From an uncultured Methanosarcinales archaeon (GTDB taxonomy: Archaea; Nanobdellota; Nanobdellia; Woesearchaeales; JABIAG01), in assembly GCA_964561995.1 (NCBI GenBank), contig CAZLQZ010000003.1, forward strand, positions 5,056 through 69,055: DNA of 64,000 nucleotides. The letters are read 5' to 3'. Within the stretch, counting starts at the first letter, position 1. Each line of letters starts with the position of its first letter. Both the position numbers and the translations under genes were made by a program. The notes below the pieces were generated by a model. That model ran no database searches and had not been told where the DNA came from. It saw only the letters and a list, made by a program, of their open reading frames with translations. Shown here one piece after another: positions 32,801 to 38,227 of this stretch.

Positions 32801-34860
32801 ATATAATAACTATCGTATTCAGTAGAATCATCAATAAAAGTAAAAGCTTCTAAATTTTTATGAAGTCCAGATTGTGATCCTGAACCTTGAAAATCATCTT
32901 CTTCAAACAAAAATATTTCGTCAATTTCAAATTTATCGTCCAACTTACTATTTATGTTGAATTTCTTTCTAATTATTTCAACTTCAGCAATTTTATCAGC
33001 ACACAAATCATTAATCCAATTAATTGCTAAACTGGGTTTATTATATGCATAATTTAATACATCATAATTATTAGTAGGGAATTCAGGATTAAAATCACTT
33101 GCAACATTACAAAGATGAGCTTCGGGTTCTGGAACAATTAAATTGCCAACATCAGCTTGGGACCCAGCATAATAGGTATTTATTGTCTCATCGGGTTCAG
33201 CATAAACATATTGAACTGCATTAGGATTATATATTAATTCGATTTCTAAATTTCTTGAAATGCTAAAAAATTTAATTTTCATTTCATTAGTAAAAGTATC
33301 AGGAAAAACTGGCAAAGCCAAACTAAACTTTCCGGGATTGGAATTAGATTCTGTTCCTGTTGTAATATATTCATCACTTTCAAGCGGCTTTCTAAAAAGA
33401 AATATATCATTTTTATCATAAACTTTAACATAAATTGGTGTATTTTCTAAAGCTGGATAAGTATCTTTTGGTTCTCCATTAATTTCTTCAACAATTTTAC
33501 CAAAAATAATTTTTGGTACTCCACCATCACAAGGAATATTTGAAAATTCAAAACTGTTTGAACTTCCACAACAAAATTGTCTTTCATATTCATCATAATT
33601 AATAAAGAAACCATCGGTTTGATTACCACAAAAACAATCATCAGTTGATACTTCGGAACCAAAAGTACAAGATTTAACATCATCAACTTTCAAATTACAA
33701 CAAACTTCACTTCCATCTTGACAAACAAGTCTGGTTTCATTTTCTCCACTTATACCTTCACATGTTGCTTTAGACATACAATGTCCGCCATTAATATGAT
33801 AATCATCACATTTGTCAACGCAAGTACCTAATTTACATCTAGCATTAGCATCACAATCGGTGTCTGCAATACATTCTGCATCATAACTACTTTTTTCTAA
33901 AGTAACTGTTTGTGAATAATCTTCATTAGAAGTATAAACTGCAGAATAAGTTTGATAACCAGATTTATAAAATTGAATTCCAACTTGAGTACTTGAAAGA
34001 ATTTGAATTGTTACTTCTCCGTCAGAATCAGTAATTCCAGAATCAGTACAACCAGAAATACAATTAACGGCAACATCATCTAATAATTCATCATCACTTT
34101 TATTTTGAACAGTAAATTCTACATCAACATAACTCAACTGAGAAGGTGTTAAACTTATTTGAATTGTTTCGTCTGAATCAGTTACAGTAATAGTTTGTTC
34201 TAAAGGTAAAAAACCTATAGCATCAAAAGTAAATCTATAACTTCCCTTGGGATGAGATATTTTAAGTAGGGCCAAATTATTATTTTCGTCATCATCACTT
34301 TGATCTTGCCAAGTACCAAAAACTGAAGAAGCAATACCATTAGAAGAAGTGATTTTTGAACCATCGTTTTTATTTAAAAATTTAAAAGTAATTGGTTCTT
34401 CAGGGATTTGATTACCGCATTGATAAAAATCATCAGATTCAAAAAAAACAGTATTTAAATAATCTGCAATTTGAGAAGATTTATTTTCACATTCAATTTT
34501 GGAAACTAATTCAATTACTTGTTCTTGGCCGCCATCAGTAGTAGTATAATAACAACAACCTTCTTGACACTGACCGCCAAGCGTAGGACTCGAACAAGCA
34601 GTTAATCTAAAAAAATTAGAACCAGAACAATCACTCCACGAACGATAAGTACAATAATCTTCACCCTGATCTAAAGGAATTAAACAACACCCATTATTAT
34701 CACAAGAACCTACTTCAGATGTATAGCCAGAACATGAAATTTCATCATCATCAACACATTGGCCGTCAATAATACAAACATCGGCAAATACTGGAAATAA
34801 GATAGTTAAGAATAAAACTAAAAATACCACTAAACCTAGCACTATCCCTCTTTTTTGCAT
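17812..34860 (-). CDS. Giant (5,682 aa) Cys-rich, beta-rich surface protein: N-terminal signal, C-terminal six-Cys modules, thrombospondin-type-3-like Ca-binding repeats, a single TM helix and a ~190-aa Pro/Lys-rich cytoplasmic tail; putative adhesin
   Basis: Uninterrupted 17-kb ORF. N-terminus '[29 protein letters not shown]' is either a Sec signal or a class-III-like signal. C-terminus: '...[46 protein letters not shown]...' (DxDxDG repeats), then TM '[23 protein letters not shown]', then '[22 protein letters not shown]...[12 protein letters not shown]'. GGTGA SD and TATA lie in the 89-nt upstream gap. Confidence 0.8.
   Translation of the reverse strand: [5682 protein letters not shown]
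18150..18330. repeat. Tandem ~33-36-nt DNA repeats encoding the '(N)KLPPL(xK)' repeats of the giant protein's cytoplasmic tail
   Basis: The + strand shows 'aaaggaggtaaattcttatttaaag / aaaggaggtaattttttatttaaag / ggggaagtttactcgttaaag / ggggcaatttatttaatgg'. The antisense ORF 17804..18388 in the track is an artefact of this region. Confidence 0.6.
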
Positions 34861-34949
34861 AAGTCACCCATAAATTAAATAATATTTAATTTCCCTTAAC
34901 CTTATTTTCTGAAGAACTACTATATAAATCTTTTTATTGGTTATAGAGA

Positions 34950-36392
34950 TTAATTGACTATTATTTGGGCAGTATCATAATCAGAATATTTTTTCCAATT
35001 GGCACCCATTTTACCAGTAACGCCATCTTTTATTATGATGTCTAAATTGTACAAACCGTTCGAAGTAGGCGAAATTGTATAATCATAACAATCACAATTA
35101 ATTTCATCAACAATGCAAGACCTTTTAACAGTTGTCCAAGTAGAAGGAATTCCACTAATTGTTGGATTCATTCCAAATATAAACTCTTCATCTGGATCAA
35201 CATAACAAACTTGCAAAGTCCTATGTTTATTATCAAAAGTAATTACACGAACATCTTGTAAAACTGGAATTCTATTTTCCACAGCGAAAGTAAACTTGAA
35301 GGGTTGTCCAGCCAAAGTTCCATCATCATTATCTAAAACAACTTCATAAAGATGATAATATTTCCCATTGTTTTCAATGTTGTGAACATAATTAATCATT
35401 GGATTTTGAATCCTTGCAGCCAACTGTAAACCGGCCTGTACATCATTAAATCCTTTTGAAAAATTAAATCCAGGAATTTGTGCTTCAGATTCCAAAATTT
35501 TGTTTAAGGTATCAATAATTGATTTAAGTTTTATTGCAAATCTTCTTGACCTAACTTGCGGTAATTCGGCACTAAATACATTATCTTTTGAAGAAATTGT
35601 AAGATTTGGAATAATTGAAAAATCTAAACTTCTTCCAGAAAAATCAGAATATAAACTAAAATCAGATAACTTAACATCATATTGAGGAAAAGTGATATTA
35701 TTAAAACATTCAGGAAAAGTTTTTTCTACAAAATATTCAAGCATATTCTGAATAGAACCATTACAATTTATTGAACACTTACATCCTAAATCTTCAGAGG
35801 AATTTCTCCCACACAATTTTAATCTTTTATTTGTTGAAAAACCAGCAATAGGAATATCCAAGGTATAATCTTTCATACAGTTTTCACCAAATTCTGAAAA
35901 ATTAATTTGAACTTCAGAATCAAAAAAAGGAGATTTGTACATTGAAAAACAAGGATATAAAGGAGGAGTAAAATGTACTGGAGAATCAAGGTTCACGTAA
36001 TCACCATTTATCCCACTAGAATCTGTCAACTCAGAAGCAGTAATTAAAATAGTATAATTCTTATCACTAACATTTATTGTATTTCCACTTGGGTCAAGAT
36101 CAAAGTCTCTTCCAACTTGTATTTCATTACCTCTTTTTGTAGTATAATTTTGATTTTTGTACAAAAAACCACCTTGCCTAGAAATTAATTTTAAACCTTC
36201 AGTTACTGATTCATCTAAACAAGATTTAATTGTTTGATCAACATTAGTATTTGCAATAATTTCTTCAACAGTAATTTGTATTTGTTCTTGAGTTTTTTGT
36301 TGAGCAGATTGATTAAGTACATAAAACATAAATCCAAAAACAAACAAAACAAGAAGCATCAAAATAATAAAAATAGTAACTTGGCCTTTCAT
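34950..36392 (-). CDS. Surface protein with a prepilin-like N-terminus, 480 aa
   Basis: N-terminus 'MKGQVTIFIILMLLVLFVFGFMFYVL' (KG|Q). It lies immediately upstream of the giant gene on the same strand. Confidence 0.6.
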   Translation of the reverse strand: MKGQVTIFIILMLLVLFVFGFMFYVLNQSAQQKTQEQIQITVEEIIANTNVDQTIKSCLDESVTEGLKLISRQGGFLYKNQNYTTKRGNEIQVGRDFDLDPSGNTINVSDKNYTILITASELTDSSGINGDYVNLDSPVHFTPPLYPCFSMYKSPFFDSEVQINFSEFGENCMKDYTLDIPIAGFSTNKRLKLCGRNSSEDLGCKCSINCNGSIQNMLEYFVEKTFPECFNNITFPQYDVKLSDFSLYSDFSGRSLDFSIIPNLTISSKDNVFSAELPQVRSRRFAIKLKSIIDTLNKILESEAQIPGFNFSKGFNDVQAGLQLAARIQNPMINYVHNIENNGKYYHLYEVVLDNDDGTLAGQPFKFTFAVENRIPVLQDVRVITFDNKHRTLQVCYVDPDEEFIFGMNPTISGIPSTWTTVKRSCIVDEINCDCYDYTISPTSNGLYNLDIIIKDGVTGKMGANWKKYSDYDTAQIIVN

Positions 36393-36393
36393 T

Positions 36394-37863
36394 TTATATT
36401 ACACATTCGTACCTTTTCCAAAGCTGCATGCCACCCGTTTCATAACAATCATAACATTCAGCATATTGAATTGAACATTCACCTGCATTAAAAATAGCAC
36501 CATCGTCACCATCACAATAATCAAGTTTATCCGCAATACAGCCAGTACCACTTTCATCCTGATATTGCCAAGTATAAGTTACAGGATCATTAATAGCATC
36601 ACAAGATAAATCGGCCATAGTTTCAGGCACTTCAAAACCACCGACTTGACCATAACTACGATCAGACAAAGTATCAGAACTATAAATTCTGATTTCTTTT
36701 GAATCAATTAATGGAAGATAAATATCTACCGAATTAACATGGATATTTTCAACCGAACCAGGCATATAAACCGAACTGGAAGAACTAACTTCATAAAGTC
36801 CATCAATATTATAATCAATATCGTAAACATTTAAATGATCATTTTCAAAATCACTTTGTTCAACAACATACAATTTTCCATTTTCAATTTCTTGAACATC
36901 TGAAGAACCAGGTAAAGTAAAACTAGTAAGTTCATTTAAATCGTAATCATAAACTTTAACAGTAGTTTGAGTTCCTGCCGCATTTATAAAAGATATAAAA
37001 ATTCTATTTTCAGATTCATCCCCTGCTTTTCCTTCGAAAAATGAAGAAGGTTCAAAATCATCAACACAAAATTGGTTTTGTGGAACAAGATTTAAGTCAT
37101 ATCTATTTACACATCCATAATACTCATCAAGAACATAAATCCCGTGATTATTAATTATAATATCTTCAGCTTTTCCTAAAGAACTACCATCAGCATCATA
37201 AGTGATTTTTTTACAACTTGAAGAAGGATCAGTTTCTAAAAAAGAAGAAGGATCAATTACTGCAAAAGAACCAGAAGAAGTTCCAGCATAAATCTTTCCA
37301 TCATAAAGTTGTACTTGGATAACATTTTGAAGACCTCTAACCTGTTTTAATTCGCATTGTTCAAATGAATTACTACAATCTAATTTGGCAATTGCATTTT
37401 TATAAGCAACCCAAAGTACCTTATTTACAAGAAATACATCTGTTGCTTCAAAAAATCCTTCAGGGTCAATTACTGAACTATAACCGCCAGAAGCCATAGA
37501 GGTAGCTTCCAAAGACAAACCACAAGAATCCGCATCAATATCGTCACAAGACAAATAGATTCGTTTACAGGTTACACCAGATTCATCAAAACCTGAAACA
37601 AAGGCTCCAAAAGAATTACACATTCTTGATTCTGCTAGTGACCAATCAATTTGATTCCATTTTACATTATTAACCAAATTGGCTTCATCAATTACCCCAT
37701 CACCATTTCTGTCAACACTTTCACCATCATCATTAACCAATTCTTGCAAAGTATGGTATGCTTTACTTAAGTCAACTTTAGCAGAAGCAGTAACAACAAC
37801 AATTAGAAGTAATAGAGTAAAAATTATAAAATTAGACATTTTATTTGAAATAACAATTTTCAT
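36394..37863 (-). CDS. Secreted protein (489 aa) with an EF-hand-like Ca-binding loop and a Cys pair near the N-terminus
   Basis: Sec signal 'MKIVISNKMSNFIIFTLLLLIVVVTASA|K'. 'DRNGDGVIDEANLV' then 'CNSFG...GVTC', as in 49280..50029 and 50069..50479. 1-nt gap to the downstream gene. Confidence 0.65.
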   Translation of the reverse strand: MKIVISNKMSNFIIFTLLLLIVVVTASAKVDLSKAYHTLQELVNDDGESVDRNGDGVIDEANLVNNVKWNQIDWSLAESRMCNSFGAFVSGFDESGVTCKRIYLSCDDIDADSCGLSLEATSMASGGYSSVIDPEGFFEATDVFLVNKVLWVAYKNAIAKLDCSNSFEQCELKQVRGLQNVIQVQLYDGKIYAGTSSGSFAVIDPSSFLETDPSSSCKKITYDADGSSLGKAEDIIINNHGIYVLDEYYGCVNRYDLNLVPQNQFCVDDFEPSSFFEGKAGDESENRIFISFINAAGTQTTVKVYDYDLNELTSFTLPGSSDVQEIENGKLYVVEQSDFENDHLNVYDIDYNIDGLYEVSSSSSVYMPGSVENIHVNSVDIYLPLIDSKEIRIYSSDTLSDRSYGQVGGFEVPETMADLSCDAINDPVTYTWQYQDESGTGCIADKLDYCDGDDGAIFNAGECSIQYAECYDCYETGGMQLWKRYECVI

Positions 37864-37901
37864 AACCTAAAAAATGCAACAATAGTATATATATATTTCG
37901 A

Positions 37902-38156
37902 TTAATTAGATAAAGACTCTTTTAGTAATTTTTCTTTGATTTCTTTAGAATCAGAAAAATCCTTTTTTAATTGGGATTGTTTAATTAATTCATTTTGAAA
38001 TTCATCCATAACAGATTCATTTTTTGAAGTGATTTTTACAATTATTTCATCATTTTCCTTATCTAAAGAAAAATAAGCCTTATCCAATAATGAATTTGCC
38101 GCAGCAATTATTACATCCAAAGAATAAATGCTTGTTTTTAATATTATTTCATCCAT
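37902..38156 (-). CDS. Small conserved protein (84 aa), paralogue of 48891..49214; rSAM-associated
   Basis: 'NSLLDKAYFSLDKENDEIIVKITSKN...EFQNELIKQS' against 'NSYLDKAYFLIDGDKNELMVNFMPKN...EFKNQLINYS'. It is divergent from the rSAM fusion gene. Confidence 0.5.
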   Translation of the reverse strand: MDEIILKTSIYSLDVIIAAANSLLDKAYFSLDKENDEIIVKITSKNESVMDEFQNELIKQSQLKKDFSDSKEIKEKLLKESLSN

Positions 38157-38227
38157 TAAACATTACTTAATTGAAATATATTTAAAGATTTAGGAAATTT
38201 TATAATTACAAGAACATTATTTAGATT

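Noticed and set aside
26184-33686. Several 60-105-aa ORFs on both strands inside the giant gene (26184..26375, 26245..26502, 31656..31910, 32256..32480, 32394..32711, 33447..33686)
   Set aside because: Embedded in or antisense to an uninterrupted 17-kb ORF; AT-rich DNA generates such frames by chance.
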